Below, piece after piece: positions 40,322 through 52,984 of a stretch of DNA of 64,000 nucleotides (position 1 is its first letter; each line of letters begins with the position of its first letter). The notes below the pieces were generated by a model, which was given only the letters and a program-made list of their open reading frames with translations, searched no databases and was not told where the DNA came from. The translations under genes and the position numbers were made by a program. The stretch is from Kondoa subrosea (lineage: Eukaryota). The stretch covers positions 834,641-898,640 of the forward strand of contig BCIN01000005.1 of assembly GCA_039545335.1 (NCBI GenBank), written 5' to 3'.

Positions 40322-43300
40322 ATGGCTCACAATCCTTTCGATGACTCCGAACAAGCGCACGCAAGTTATGCGATACATCCAGAACATGATGCAGCAGATT
40401 CACCTGTGCCATCACCCAGCCCTCGCGGTCATACTAGCTCAAGATCTTCGGTCAGCGACTTGGCTTTTCTCAGAAAACGCCCTGCACCTTTGTCCAATGC
40501 CAATACACCCAGGCAATCTATAAGCAATTCTCGGGCACCTTCAATTAGCATCGCTGTAAGTTCGACAATTCTCATGTTATGACGCGCTATATTAATGCCT
40601 ATCTTGTCCGAAGAAACACGAAGCATACCGAGTTACCGCCGACCATTTATTTCGGAATGCACAAGCCAACAATTGGTTTTCTCAAGAAGCAGGAGCAGCC
40701 AATGCTGTAGCTTTACGGTTGCAGAAGAATCATTACATCGTTTCTCCGCCTGGTCAAGCGAGATTAGCTGCTTTCGAAGATGCATTACATGGTCTCAATT
40801 GTGCTGTTGCGGTCACTTATACAGCACCGGTCGTTGCTGCTATTCTTGCTGGTTTACCCCCGTTCGGGATCTCTTCGCTGGCAATTACCGAATTTGAGAA
40901 GGTTCAGATTGTGGATGATATGTCGTAAGTCGTTACTATCGGACTAGCACTGATTGCTAACTGTATACAGTGAGCTGGCTCATGCAAGAAAAGCTCAATC
41001 CTGCGCCTTTGTGCGAAATGCTGGCACTCTCGTTATTTGGGCAGATGAAATGGAAAAGCTCGAGTCAGTTGTCGAAGCGCTGGCAAAGAAACTCATTGTG
41101 AGTCTTTTGTCACCCTTAACTATGCTTGTGTTTGATCTCCGACGTTGTAGCATTTCGTGTGGAATCAAGCTATCATGTCACCAAAAGAGGACGATTACCT
41201 CACTGCTTATCCACCTGGCTCACCTATGGCCGTTTCACCGCGAAGTTCAATCTATTATAACAAATCGAAAGCCGAACCTATGTCTGGTGCAGCGAGTACC
41301 TTTGACGAGAAGAACACCTTCAACGATGAAACGATCTTCGAGGAAAAGAGAAGGACAAATCTCAAGTCTCCTCTCTACACCGGTCTGGCGGTCGCACTGA
41401 ACATTGTGGTCTGCGGTGTCTGTAAGTAGCAAAACCTTCTTGGGTCATTGGTTGATCCAAGCATAACCCTAGTTGCTCGTAAACTTTTCACTGAATTCTT
41501 CCTTGATGGTCAGGCAATGAGACTGGGTCTATTGATTGTCCTACCGTTTCAAGTGAGTAATTGACTTTTTTCAAGCCCTTGCTCTTCTCTAGAGCCGAGT
41601 CTGTTCACAGTTTCTTGTGCTTCTCTTCGTTACTGAATTCACCATCAACATCGTTGCGCAAATTTTTGCTCCAATCGGCCAAATGAAGCAGAACAATCTT
41701 TTTTACTCTGGCAAAGCGCCAGCACACCGCTTGAAGGGAGATCTTCCTTACATCACTGTTATGATTCCAGTCTATAAAGAAGGTCTCAAAGACGTCTTGA
41801 AGCCGACTATTGAATCCTGTTTACGCGCAATATCGACATACGAATTGCAAGGTGGTCAGGCTTCTATACTTATGTGCGAAGATGTTATGCAAGTACTTGA
41901 GCCCGGTCCGTTTTTCATCTCCTCCTGCCCTCCTCTATAACGGCGACTGACATTTGAAGCAGTTCTGGCGGACGAACGCAAATCATATTACGATTCCGTT
42001 GGTATTTCTTGGGCTGCTCGGCCCGGTCATGGTCAAGATGGATATGTCCGAAGAGGTCGCTTCAAGAAATCAAGCAACTTGAACGCTGTCAAAACTCTGT
42101 CTCTTCGTGTCGAGGAAATTATGGACGAACGCAGACCCAAGTTAGATGAATGGTACGAGCGAGAAGAAGAAGCTCTGTACCGAGAATGTTTGGAAGTCGC
42201 TTTGGCCGAGGGTCAAATGCAAGCTGAAGGGAACATCCGAATTGGGGATATCATTCTACTGCTCGATTCAGACGTAAGTCGAGCTGCCGTTCTCGCAACC
42301 GCATCTCATTACTTTGCGCTCAATACAGAGTCGTATTCCTGGCGACTGCTTCATTGATGCCGCAACTGAGATGGAGGCAGATCCAATAGTCGGTGTATTG
42401 CAGCACTGTAATGGTGCTTTCATCAGGTCCGTGACACAAACTACTTTTGTCACATTGCTAATGAAAGATCTAGTGGAGCGGGCTATTTCGAAAATGCTAT
42501 GGCTTTCTTCGTAAAGTAAGTCCCGCCCTAAATACTACGAATCAGACTGATCACTTTGCAAACAGTCTGGTGAATTTTGCTATTGGATGGACTGTTTGTG
42601 AGTCAAAGTTTCAGCGTTTCCTGAAATGCCTGAATAGTTTTCATTGCAGCGAGTGGTAGCTCCGCTCCAATGATGGGTCACAGTGCATTCATACGCTGGA
42701 CAGCCATGCAGCAGCAGTCGTTCGAGGATTCTCTCGATGGCAACAAGAGGAAGTTCTGGAGCGAGAATCATGTTAGCGAAGTACCCTCTCCTTCAGTCAT
42801 GACCTTTGCTTGCCTTAACGAGTTTCAACAGGACTTTGTTCTCACGCTCAAGATGATGGAACAAGGATGTAAGTCAAGGACTTTTCGAACTACCACAATC
42901 GCTCTTAACATCTGCCTCGCATAGTCATTACTCGATGGTGTACCTATTCAGACTATGAATTTAAGGAAGGAGTGTCACTGACCTGTGACGATGAAGTCAA
43001 GTAGGCGCTTTCAAGTTTACAAGAGTTCTGTAAGGGCTGACACTTCCTTAGCCGTTGGCAGAAGTATAGTTATGGTTGCTTCGAATTGATATTCAACCCA
43101 TTCCGGTATTGGCTTACTCGATCACCATTCAGTAAGGAATTCCGAAGTTACTTATGGTCGACTGTTCCCTTGCACATTAAGTTCAGCACAGTTGGCTATA
43201 TGTGTGAGTACGAGTCATTCTGTCATTGAGCTATGTCCTAATCATACTTATCCAGTCTCCTACTTTGGTCTTGCGATATCTGTGCCCTACGTCTTGATTC

Positions 43301-43973
43301 TATATGTTGTCGAAGGATTTTTCGTTGATAGTGAGCTCGCATATCGCAGTTAATACACACAAGCGCTGATCAGCTCAATAGATACGGATCCTGCTTGGCT
43401 TGTTCCCTTTTCCATCTGGCTGTAAGCCGTTGATTCGCTTTCCTGACAACCTGCTGATGGTTCCTGCTCCCAGCACGACTATAGTAGTCTTCGTTATTGC
43501 TGGCAATATCGCCCAGATTGTCTCAAGATCGAGAGCTGGCGCGACTAAACCATTCAACGCGCTCTTCACCCATCTCAGCTACATTCCCCTCTTCCTCATT
43601 TTCTTTCAAGGCTTAGCTTGGCACTGCCTACTTGCCCTTTTTGCCTATCTTACTGGATTCAACATGACTTGGTCTGCAACTAACAAGGATTTGAAGAACT
43701 CAACCGTCTTTAAGGAGATTCCCATCGCAGCGAAACGCTTTTGGCCAACTTGGCTTCTGATGTTCACGTTTCTGGTCGGCGTAGTTATCCTGGCTACACC
43801 TCTGGTACCTTTGGAATGGCGGATAACAGACGCAACAGTCATTCTTCCAGGAGCTTATCTCGCTTCAGCACAGTGAGTCTCTACGTCTGTCGCTGCAGCT
43901 ATGGTCTGATCTGAATAACAGTATATTATATCCTCTTCTCCTCAATCCAATTGTGGTCACATTCGCTTACTAG
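40322..43973 (+). CDS. Multi-pass membrane glycosyltransferase family 2 (processive, synthase-like), highly intron-rich
   Basis: ITVMIPVYKEGLKDV, ARPGHGQDGYVRRGRFKKSSNLN, LLLDSD (DxD), MGHSAFIRW, WSENHVSEDF (catalytic ED) and FKEGVSLTCDDEVNRWQKY (QxxRW equivalent), with TM helices on both sides. Confidence 0.92.
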
Positions 43974-44534
43974 ATCTGCTTTCAAAGCAAGAAGCTCCTT
44001 AATCTAATTGTGATTACATTCGCTTACTAGAATTAGTTTGTTTGGCATGTACTCGGGCGGGCTCGATACGATTTTGTTGGCATTCACCTTATTCACATTA
44101 TGTTCATTTCATACTACCAGCTTTAGATCCCTGTAGTCTAGAATACCTCACATGCAAGACACTGTATCCCCTTGGCCGACCAAGATCCCAGATACTCCCA
44201 GCCTTCTGGCCAAAATGTTCGAGTTCGCTTGTTAGGCAAATAATGACGCCCTATGCAGACGTGCTGCAAACATGCACACTAAATCAAAGACGATGTGATG
44301 ACATGTCCTCTTCTATACCTTTTGTGTTTTATTCGACGCACTGTGCCGCCCACGCTCAAGGCTGCTCTTTGGCCTTTCCTTGCTCTTTGCTCTCTTTTTC
44401 GATCACCACGCTCTCTTGTCTTCTTTATCTGGTCTACTTTTGTATCTCGCCCTTGATCCCGCCTTTACCTCGAGGACTTGACAGCTATATCAAGTCTTTC
44501 CGCTAAAAGCAACACACAATTTTCCCGTGTCGAT

Positions 44535-46628
44535 ATGGAGTCTTCTGGAATGACACCTAGCTGGAGCGGATCCACTCTTGCATCAGTAGCTAGCGGGGCT
44601 AGCACCCCTTTAAGACACAGAGCAGCAGCCTTCAAATCCAGAAGAGTTGATCTGACTAAGCCGAGGACGTATGAAGCTTTCTATGCTACAGCAGAGGGCA
44701 AGAAGTCACTAAAATGGAGCAATATCAGTAAGCAACCTCGCGATCTGTATAGTCATCGGCTGAAGAGCTACCGAGCAGTTTTCATATCTGCCATGACTTT
44801 GGGTATTGGAGGCCTAGCAGCATTGATAGTGACAGCCTACCTGGAGTGCGTTGCTTCAAGCGGCTCCGTCTAACTCTGATGCGCAAGCCAGGCTTCCGAA
44901 ACACAAATACTGCATGGTTCTGGATGAACAGTTTGATACTCTCGATACCTCTATATGGACGCATGAGATGCAAGTAGGTCAGTTGGCTTGCTGACTGTAT
45001 TCTTCTGCCCTAATAATAGATTTCCTTCGATGGATGCAGGCGGATTTGGTAACAAGGAATTCGAATGGACAACAGATAGCCCGAACAACTCTTTTGTCGA
45101 AGATGGCATTCTTTACCTTACGCCGACTCTGACAGCAGATCTGATTGGCGAGGAGAATGTGCTCAACAACTATGTGCTCAATCTTACCGACACAAATCAA
45201 TGTACCGCGCTAGATAATATCGGTCCATCATGCGGAGTATTCAGCAACAGTACAGCTGGAAATTTCTCGATTATCCCGCCGATCGTCTCTGCGAGAATCA
45301 GTGAGTCAGCTTCTTCATCGTCACGTTTGCCTCGGACTGATGTACAGACAGTGACCAATTTTTCCCGAACGTGAGTTAGTAAAGTGCTCTCAAGAGAGTG
45401 CTTGCTCAATATCTTCATTGAAGCATCAAATACGGCAGAGTAGAGGTCCGCCCTAAGCTATTCCTACAGGATGCTTGTTGACGATGCGAGACAGGTTTCG
45501 GCTCGAATGCCTACTGGTGACTGGAGTGAATCAGCTTTCCGCGAGTAATCCTCTAGAGCTTAAATTCGCGGAACAGTATGGCCTGCTATCTGGATGCTTC
45601 CGAAGGATAACGCTTACGGCGTACGTTTGATGTGTATCACTGAATTTGGACGCTGATTCTAGTTCTTGCTCAGGTATGGCCATTAAGTGGAGAAGTGCAT
45701 CTGTTTCAAACCGTATTGTCTCGTTTCTGACTCTATCTGCAGATCGATATCGTCGAAGCAAGAGGCAATGAAGTTACTGCTCGGAAACAAGAGAACAACA
45801 ACGCTATTCGCAGTACATTGCATTGGGTGAGCTGCAGATCGAACACTCGAAATGTGCAGCTAATCCTTTTGTGTCAGGGACCATCGCCCGGAGCAGATCT
45901 ATGGTGGAAGACAACAGGCGTACGTAAGCTGTTCCGAAACTATTTCAACGAAGGATTGTAAGTGACCTCATCATTCGATTGAATCCGTTCCCAAACATAT
46001 TGCTGACAGTCAAACCTTTGGTCTCGAATGGGATGAGAAAAGTATTTCAGTTTGGCATGGCAGTAGAGCAAGAACGGTCATGAAGCATTACTTCAAGAAA
46101 GGATTTTGGGAGCTTGGAGGGTTCGGTGGAACAACAGAGGTCAGCTACTCATCTATTATTGTTATAAGTGGTAGTACTCATGAGATGCACAGAACGGAAC
46201 GGCTATCTACAGTGAGCATGTTGTAGGTGAGACACAGTCAACCGTACTGATGTCTGTATGACAAGATCCTTGGTCTGGCCAGTCTGTAGTTGCGCCTTTC
46301 GATCAGGAGTTCTATCTGTAGGTAGATTTTTTTGTTGTTGTCTTTACAGGCTCATGTAGTTTCTTAGGATACTGAACGTTGCTGTCGGTGGCTCCAATGG
46401 TGAGGACTTTGATTCTGCTCGACATAAGGCAGCTCATTGGGCTGTCTGAATTATGTAGGCTTCTTCGCTGACGATGATTTCCCAAACAAGCCTTGGAGCA
46501 ATGCAGCGCAGTACCCTGTCGCTGACTTTTGGCGCTCAAAAGCTGAGTGGTACCCAACCTGGCCTACAGATCTAAAGAAGAGAGGATTGGCAGTGGATTA
46601 TGTTAAGATGTGGTCAATTTGTGACTGA
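44535..46628 (+). CDS. Type II membrane-anchored glycoside hydrolase family 16 (beta-1,3-glucanase / glucan-binding-protein-like)
   Basis: N-terminal TM IFISAMTLGIGGLAALIVTAY, then GGFGNKEFEWTT, IKYGRVEVSARMPTGDWIWPAIWMLP, WPLSGE|IDIVEARGN (catalytic ExDxxE), APFDQEFYLILNVAVGG and VDYVKMW. Confidence 0.93.
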
Positions 46629-47076
46629 TCGGGATAGCTTAATGTACAGCACATTAGAGCATTGCTTGTGTCCTCACTGCCTCATGTTCACCAAATCGAC
46701 GCTTACATAAGCTTCTAAAACCATCATCTTTTTACCTCTGCTCCATGACTCGGATCCCTGCACACCTTATTCATACATCTTACGCTGTCGCTAATACTGT
46801 CCATCTCTGCTAAATCACAGCAGCTTCCGCTCGAGCTATTCTCAAGTTGAAATCCGATATTTTCATCGGCTGATTTGCTGCAATGTTGCGCAGACCGAAT
46901 GGCCTGAGGTATCCGATACTATACTGTCCTGTGCCCTTGCAAGCTCAATTTATACTTTGATCTTCTGATCTTTGTCCCTGAATTACTTGTGCCAGTTGGG
47001 AAGCTTCTTTCCTTTATTTCTGCTCGTTCTGGCTCTTCTCTCTTGCACCACGAGTTGTTGTATCCCGCTCCTGGCA

Positions 47077-50046
47077 ATGTCTGGGTCCTTTCATGCCAGT
47101 CTGCAGGACACAGTCCAATTGGAGGAGATGAGCAAGACCGAAGTCGAAAACGCCCTCGGCGTTCCCAAACACTATCACAGAGGCAAAAGTCTCGCTCAGC
47201 AAGTGAACACCGTAAAATCTCGCGCTAGAAACCCAGAACAAGGCCGGAAAGAGTTCTGGGATGCTATTCAAGCACCTTCCAGTGAGTCTCTGAACTTTGG
47301 TCAGCATATGTAAAAGAGTCAGGCTAAGCGGACCGTTCGCAAGACAACACTCCGGGACTTTCGACTGCTTCTACACCTACTTCCTCACCAAATCAGTCTC
47401 CCCTGCATTCACCTCGAATGGTTGCGCTAGATGAAGATGAAAGACAGCATCGTTTGAAGTCGATGAGGAAAAAGCGTATTACCCATGCGCCAGTATCTAC
47501 TCCACGCAGCGCGCTGTCCAAATCAAACAGGGAACCAGATTCAGCTTTATGGTCGCAAAGAACAAGAAGATTGGATCCTTTGCCTTTTAAAGACAGATAT
47601 GGCAACATCTCAGATGTCTCTCGACATATCTTAACACCGTTAACAAGCGAACACGATCTTACTTCTCAAGCTGCTTCGAGAGCTTCTTCGCGTTCTTCTA
47701 CACCTATCTCGCTGGCTGACACTTTCGAATCAAACACTTCTGCTCCTTGTCTCTTGCCTTCTCAAGGCTCAGAACAGCTTCACATGCTTTCATCTAACAG
47801 TAACATCCGAGCGCGTTCGACACCTTCTTTACGCACACCCACACAAAAACGGCTGGTCCGTTCTTCTTCTACTCCAATACATCGGATCAACTTCTCTCTC
47901 GACTCTTCGCCCGATTCTGAAAAGTACGAGCGATTGCAAGAGAGTCGCTCACGTCGCGCAAACAGACGACGTGAAATGCAGAAGCAGCAAGCCGAAGAAC
48001 AGTTTGCAGCTCGAATGGCTCAGAATACCGATTATGCTTTCCGCAAAGAGTTCTTGGCCGAGAAGGATAAGATGGAAAGAGCTTTGCGGAACAATCATTT
48101 GACAAGTATGGAACAAGCGGAAAAGCTGCGGTCTTTGGGTCAACTGTATCTGTCCACTGCTTATCTTGCTACGGGATTTACGGGCAAGCGAATGACGGAG
48201 ATGGCGATCGTGAGTGGGATATTTGAATGGCTGTATTCGGCTCAAATAATAGCTCGTCTCACAGGACTATTTGAGGGATGCTGTTGACAAGAGTAAGCGA
48301 AGGGATCCGGAGTCTTTATATCTGATGGCCCGTGCAGTCAGTGGCGATCAGCAGACACTCAACTCCAATCTGATCTTTTGTTAATCATTTGCAACAGTTT
48401 GAATATCTTTCCAAAACAGCCGAACCTGCAGATGCTCTGCAAATGCAGTACAATGGTATGCTGAGCTTTATGTCTGCTTTTTATCGCTGTAACTCTCCCC
48501 TCTAGCCGTTCAGTGGTACGAAGAGGCTCTCCACACTTTGCACGATGCGAATCTGCAAGAATCTCGGATATTGACTTCGCTGGGTGTCTTACAATGTTCT
48601 TTGGGCAACATCGATGCTGCTAAAGATGCTCTTGAGGAAGCTGTCCGGAAGGACAAGACACAAAGCAAAGCTTGTCCGCTCGATTCGGTCCGATTTGAAT
48701 GGGTTACTGATGTATATACACAGGGCTGAATCTTGGGAGTCTTTGGGAGAATTTTCTAAGAACAAGCGGAACTGAAGAAGAACAAGCTAGAGCGCCTGAT
48801 GCAGCTATCCTTTGCTATGAAGAAGCTGTATGTCATATGCACTCTTCGAAAGGGTTTCTTCTGAAATTTTTTGTGGCTATACAGTGCCGCATCGAGCCTT
48901 CACCGCTGGCTATAGCTAGACTGACAGCACTCGGAGTCGATACTAGCCTTATTGTGGCCATGTCAGCGGAACAGGAACAAGAAAGTGACGCGCAGAGTCT
49001 CGAAGTACAAGCCCATCAAGGACATTCTAGATCAGAAAGTCTACCTTTTGATGATGCAGTGAGTTTTCGTATTCTTTACGGAAGTATGGCCTGAAAATAC
49101 TATAGTCCACAAGATCAGCTTCTGTGTTCGAAAATAACTCTACTGAATCAGAGGAAGAGAAACCCTTCTTTACCGCCGATTTGATGCCTACCGGCAATTT
49201 GCTCGGTAGCGGATCTGTAATTGAAGAACAGTCCGCTCTGACACCGGAAGTAGAAGCTCAAAACAACACTCGCGGTCTGGATCTAACAATACCGGACGAA
49301 GTCAATGAGGGTTGCGTGGTCTTGGAAGAACACGCTCGCTCTCCGAGCAATGACGAATCTCAAGAGGAAGAAGAAACACCAGCTCTTCCAGCTCCTTCAC
49401 CTGCCGTGATACCTGAACAGACCAGCGAGTTTCGCGCACGTTGTGATTCTGGATTAGAGAACGACCAAACCTGGGCTGAAGATAGTGAAGCGACGGCTGT
49501 TGACAGTCCAAGTGTTTCTCAACGGAATCCTGCTTTGCCTCTGCTTCATCGGCAGGCAGAGGAGAAAGAGGAACATGCTGAAGCATCTATGGCTGATAGA
49601 ATTCCAGTGGATGCTACTGCGATGATGCGCTTGACAGAGGCCGTCGAACGTATGATCATTCAACAAGGAGGTCAGTCATCTGCATCTTCAGCACAAAGCC
49701 TGCTGAAGAATGCATATGCCGGACAGAATTACTTGAAGTTGTTCGAAACCTTTCTGCTGGTCAGAGCGATCTCCAACACAGTAACGCGGCAATTCTCGGG
49801 CGTCTTCACTGTCTTGCTCCTTCTTCTTCTTCTCCTTCTTCTTCTTCTTCTTCTACTTCTTCTACTTCTTTTGCATCTCCTGCCACTGTCTCTCAATCGG
49901 ACAAGCAACCATCGCTTTCGGAAGAATTCTTGCAGCAATTGCGCGATCTAGGAAGTGACAGAATCACAAACGACACGAGTATGCAACTGCAATTGATTTA
50001 CACTGCTTTGGCTTGGCAGAACAGAAGTCTTTCAAGAGGTTCGTAA
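47077..50046 (+). CDS. TPR-repeat protein with long disordered termini (TPRs resemble the last repeats of Cyc8/Ssn6)
   Basis: Spliced product DPESLYLMARAFEY...AVQWYEEAL...SRILTSLGVLQCSLGNIDAAKDALEEAVRKDKTQSKAWLNLGSLWENF...DAAILCYEEACRIEPSPLAIARL. Confidence 0.75.
49818..49870 (+). repeat. Imperfect (CTT)n microsatellite encoding poly-Ser in the last exon of the TPR gene
   Basis: ccttcttcttcttctccttcttcttcttcttctacttcttctacttct. Confidence 0.9.
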
Positions 50047-50358
50047 AAGAAGTAATAATTTGGGGCTCATTGAGATGGATTGAGGATTTTCTTGTGACGT
50101 GACCGGGAGAAAAGATTTTGCCTGTCTTATAGCTAGTATGATGTACGAGGTAATGCAGAGATTAGAAGGGTCAAAATGAGATTCACATTCGGAGAATGCG
50201 AGGCTAGATGAAGATCATTCGACCTGAATGCGCCGGAAGCTTGCTCTTTCAGCATCGGTTACTGCGATCGCAATCGATCAAAGTGGCCGCGTTGTAGCAA
50301 GGGAAGAATGACTGAGCGTCGAATACATCTGTATTAGAAATCTGCATCGCATGCATGC

Positions 50359-51695
50359 CTAATAGAAAGTTGTATTACGTTCGCTCAACCTGGGAATCTT
50401 CCTCAAATCTCCGTCTTTGCTCTTAGCCCACAAGTAACCTAAAGAGCGATATTTGAACGCAACGTTACCTCATAGTACTACTGCTTACCATCTAGATCAA
50501 CCGCGTTCATCTTGGCTAGCCATTTCTTGTCTTCCTTAGCTTCGCTCATTGCTTTAGCTCTTTCTACTACTTTTTCGCATGCTGCAACAGTTGCTGCTCG
50601 GATAGCGTAAGCTTCTTCTTTGTTAACTTCTAATCCAGCTGTTCTCGTATCCGAGGAAACGCCTAGACCTGCTTTGAATTTGGGGTAGATAGATTGAGAA
50701 AGGTCAAGGAAGCCAAAGTGATTTGCCATTGCTACTCATCATATTAGACATTCAATCTGATCAATGTCGGTCGGCTTACTCGGCAAAACGTTATCGACAA
50801 ATGGCGGTAAGTGAGAAGATGAAGGAAGAGGGAAAGAAGCATTGCGGTCTTTGAAAGCTGTTGCTGTGATATGAGCTACGAGGAGAGCTTTCTTGTAGAG
50901 GTAGACTGTCTTGCTTCGTACTTCTCCTTCATCCCGGAAGTCAGGAAAGGTCTCAGCTAGCTGTATAGATTATTAGAGATAGAGATATACTGGTAAGAAG
51001 AGATCGTACTGACCGCATGTACCAGATGATCCGTTTGTGCTTCCGGTTCTAAGGACCTGCCCTTTTCCAATATCCTTATGACCCATACACCTAGATCCTC
51101 GCATCTCTCTTTAATTAAAATCGTTCCTGTTCTATTGCATATCCCTTGAATCAAAGCAGCAATCTCAGCAGCTTCTGGATCTTTCTTGCTCATGGTGATA
51201 GGTAAAGTAGGGTGTTGTTCTTCCGTCATCAAAGGAATATCGAGCAATTCAGCGACTTTCGTTTCGCTCAAAGATGCTAAGCCTCTTGCAGACAACAGAG
51301 GGATATCTTCTCCAGCTAAGAAAGCGGAAAGACAGAATCGGCGGACACTATCAAAGGCTCCTTTATTCCCTTGAACACATTCCGCATGAGACACAGCTCG
51401 GCTTGAAAGACGACAGAAGCTGACCCAGTCTATGCAGAGGTATACGATAGCCGCTCAAACAATTGAGAATAGACACAACAGTCAGGAAATTCAGCTCTTC
51501 TTCCAGGCTTTGGAAATTCAATGGGAACCGATAGCCATGTTCGAGTATGAACTTGTTGTAGTCTGTCTCGTCTAAGTTGGAGAGGAAAGCATCAATGCCT
51601 TGCTCAGAAGTCCCGATTTTAGAAATGGATAGAGAGTCTTCGCAGCTAGATTTCACGCGTTGCACCGTGCCTGTGTAGTCATTGGCAGCGACCAT
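50359..51695 (-). CDS. Queuosine-salvage (Qng1/DUF2419)-like protein, divergent
   Basis: FPDFRDEG...VYLYKKALL...LPPFVDNVLP...AYAIRAATVAACE...AVDLDGYLW...RNTTFY parallels the Qng1 pattern FRD...FYKRAQ...FADYxxP...EIR...LDxxLW...TIFY. Confidence 0.72.
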
Positions 51696-51790
51696 CGTGC
51701 AACGGCTTATGAAAGGGGCGGATACAGGTCAAATGGAAGTCAAGGTCAACAGAGCATCATTTAATTTCACAGTGTCACTATCGCATTGCC

Positions 51791-52984
51791 TCAATTTCGA
51801 CGTAGAATGTACAGATCAGTCTTATATGGATACTCTGCTTCACTTATAAGCAGATGAAATGAACGGAAGATCGCTTGAAACGCACCGAAAGTACCGGCAT
51901 TTTGGTCAATCCATTGCTTCTTGGCGTTCTTCAACACATCGAGAACCCTCTTCGCAACGCTATCTTGTTCCTCTTTACCTAATCGTTGACAGTAGCTCTT
52001 GGACAAAACTCGATCAACAACACCTTGATCAGTAGTTCCGATATTTCGTGCTTGTCTCGTCATTTCAGGTTCTCCGAAATTGGTCTTGCAAGCTTTCGTT
52101 TCCAAAGAAGGTTTCCACCACATATGCTGTCAAATGCTCTCAGCTTACGTTCCACGGGATGAAATGTTGACTTTACTCTATACTGCGGACTTTCTTCTTC
52201 GTATTTTTCATAAATGTCTCGAACTTGAGCTACCCATTCTGCAGTTTCTCGATCTTCCATGTTCCAGACCAGCTGTTCTCTCGTCACCATTCAGCTCTCG
52301 AACAAATGTAAGCGCAGCTTAGACTTACAGCAAGAACACCTTTTGGTTTCAAAGCTCTTGCAAATTCAGCCATTGCAGCTTCATGATCTTTCTCTTCTTT
52401 TCCAACCCAATGGAATGCTATTAATATCTCTCAGTTTCAGCCCCTCCCCAGCGAAGGTAAGACTAAGAATAAACGCTCACCTTGAGCAATAACGATCAAA
52501 TCCAAACTCGCATCTTCAACAGGTATGTTGGCAAATGTTCCCTCAACCAAATCCACTTTCGGTGGCTTCTCCAACTTGTGCAATTGATCAATAGTTTGTT
52601 TCTGAAAAGCTTCTCTCATTCCAACCGATGGTTCCACAGCTAAGATTTTTTTGATTTGTGGGTAAGGTAAAAGTAAACGTGTAAAGATTCCAGTTCCGCA
52701 TGCCAAGTCGACAGCTTTGATGTGTGAGGAAGAGGAAGAGGAGAGGGACTTGATGACTTTGTCTACTATTGCTTTCGGGTAGGAAGGTCGGGCTATGACG
52801 CGCGATTTAATCCAGTGGATGTGAGAGGGAAGGGAAGAAGAAGACATACCACGATCATAAAGAGCTGCATTCGCGTCGAAAGTAGATTTCTATACGCGTC
52901 GACAATTTATCAGTATTCTGTTATTGCATTTTAGCATGGTTGACATACAGGATGCACAGCGGAATTTCTAGCAGTTGACAACAT
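51791..52984 (-). CDS. Class I SAM-dependent methyltransferase (Methyltransf_11-like)
   Basis: YDRARPSYP, AVDLACGTGIFTRLL, AVEPSVGMR, IPVEDASLDLIVIAQ...FHW and LVWNMEDR. Confidence 0.9.

Noticed and set aside
43959..44031. 16-bp direct repeat acattcgcttactaga spanning the GT2 stop codon
   Set aside because: A single short duplication with ~40 bp between copies and no element features; insufficient evidence of function.
48721..48780. Apparent frameshift or premature stop in the TPR gene (ESWESLGEFSKNKRN*)
   Set aside because: Using the GTCCGC donor at ~48674 gives the in-frame TPR KAWLNLGSLWENFLRT, so there is no lesion.
49729..49951. Poly-Leu 'transmembrane' tract (and antisense poly-Arg) in the ORF track
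   Set aside because: An intron at ~49671-49726 shifts the frame; the (CTT)n repeat reads as poly-Ser in the spliced gene.
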